Program-made: the position numbers and the translations under genes
Assembly: GCA_003971905.1 (NCBI GenBank)
Contig: RSEE01000021.1
Location: forward strand, 124,001-188,000
Source: Moniliella sp. 'wahieum'
Lineage: Eukaryota
Direction of reading: 5' to 3'
DNA: 64,000 nucleotides
The notes under the pieces: model-generated
Databases searched by the model: none
Told to the model about the DNA's origin: nothing
Seen by the model: only the letters and a program-made list of their open reading frames with translations
Shown here: one piece after another, positions 62,775-64,000 of the stretch
Layout of the letters: every line of letters begins with the position of its first letter
How positions within the stretch are numbered: position 1 is the stretch's first letter

Positions 62775-64000
62775 GATCGATGGATAAGATGTGGGATCAA
62801 TGGATCTCTGGCCTCAAGGCGGGTGCGAATCGCTCGGTTCTCGTTCAACGGCCACGAGTACGTGGCTGGACAATGGGACAAAGGGGGTTGGGCAATCGTG
62901 AGAGTAGCGAAAGGAAACGAGAGCAAAGAATGAGCAAAGAGAACCGACGGTTTATATACTGACTGGAAGATGTGTATTGATCGGGCGATATATGAACACC
63001 GTTTATGCAGGTCGCTCTCGACATTGGTTTTCGATGTCTTCTGTATCAAATGTGACGTCACAAATGCGATGCATGACTGGCTGGCGGTTGGGGCACTGGG
63101 CGCGCTGATGCGACAGCAACAGGCAACAGCGCCATCGCCTGCATCAGCACAAGGCGTTACCTGGTGCATGAGACACGGTGCTACGCGTTGTACACATTTG
63201 ATCCATGATTAGATTATGTGGTCCTGTCTTGGCGTCAGCTTCGGGATCTAAGCGTCGCATCTTGCCTGCTTAAATCTTAAAGTTCTCTTGAAGGTTCGGC
63301 TTCAAGGCTGAACTTCAGCCTCAGCTTCCGTCCGCCTCCAGGGTTCCCTCTGCTGTGATTAATGATTGGGCATTATGCACTTGCACATTATGTTGTTTGG
63401 AACGAAGCAGGGCAGCAAGAGTACCTACTGATGATGGAGATGATGAGACCTGTGGACCTCGAGGGTAATGCAATCGCACTGGTGTGGTGGTGGCCTAACC
63501 CAAGTCAGCACCGCCTACAGATGAGGAACATCAAGCAGTCATCATGCATCAGTCGCTGCCATGAGGCCTGGGGTCTATAGGCTGCTGCTGCTAAGGTGAC
63601 GCCGGTGACGGGTGACGGATTGCTTGACATGATGCATGATGTATGATGGGACGTGCGACGGCTTGGGGCCGCGTGTTGCGATGCATGGTGTGTAGTATGG
63701 TGGCGCACCCTGGTCCCTACGGTGGCCAGTGCGTGCGAGCTTCATGGAGCTGATAACTGGATTACTCATTACCCAGTACTCATTGCCTCTGCAGGTATGC
63801 AACTCTCAGAACGAGTTTCTGATGGTCATCCGGTCATCGGTCCTCATCGGTCATTAATCATCGACCACCTAACGTCTAACATCGATCAAAGAAGCCACAG
63901 CTGATGGCCTCATAGATCAGCTGGGACGCCGGCTGTCCGGGTGCCTCCTTTGTATGACCGGATGACCCTGGTCCATCCTGTTTGTCTCGATCGCACGTTG

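Overview
Eukaryotic, GC-rich fungal DNA. Short GT-AG introns with CTRAC/TACTAAC branch points and the gene content (Hook, Vip1, GH128, Boi/Pob1) point to a basidiomycete; this is inference. About 17 protein genes are recognisable: Oxr1/TLDc, RPS3, LYRM5-like, a C2H2 factor, GH128 glucanase, Hook, a long low-complexity protein, Vip1-like RRM, MBOAT/wax synthase, a secreted protein of unknown function, NCS1 purine-cytosine permease, EI24/Rrt8-like, PH-ArfGAP, SH3-SAM-PH Boi-like, a hypothetical protein, ATPase inhibitor and a DHA1 MFS transporter. There is also one intron-containing tRNA with a CCG anticodon. Most genes, even RPS3, carry small frameshifts, so the assembly is probably indel-prone and gene ends are approximate. 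The main anomaly is a ~9 kb less GC-rich island (~25.8-34.4 kb). It holds stop-containing pseudogenes (one Ulp1-peptidase-like), an internal diverged duplication, 33-bp repeats and a possible decayed terminal inverted repeat, i.e. a probable relic cargo-bearing transposon. Intergenic DNA repeatedly shows 7-bp-period arrays of a palindromic hexamer plus one base. No intact novel multi-gene system could be supported.
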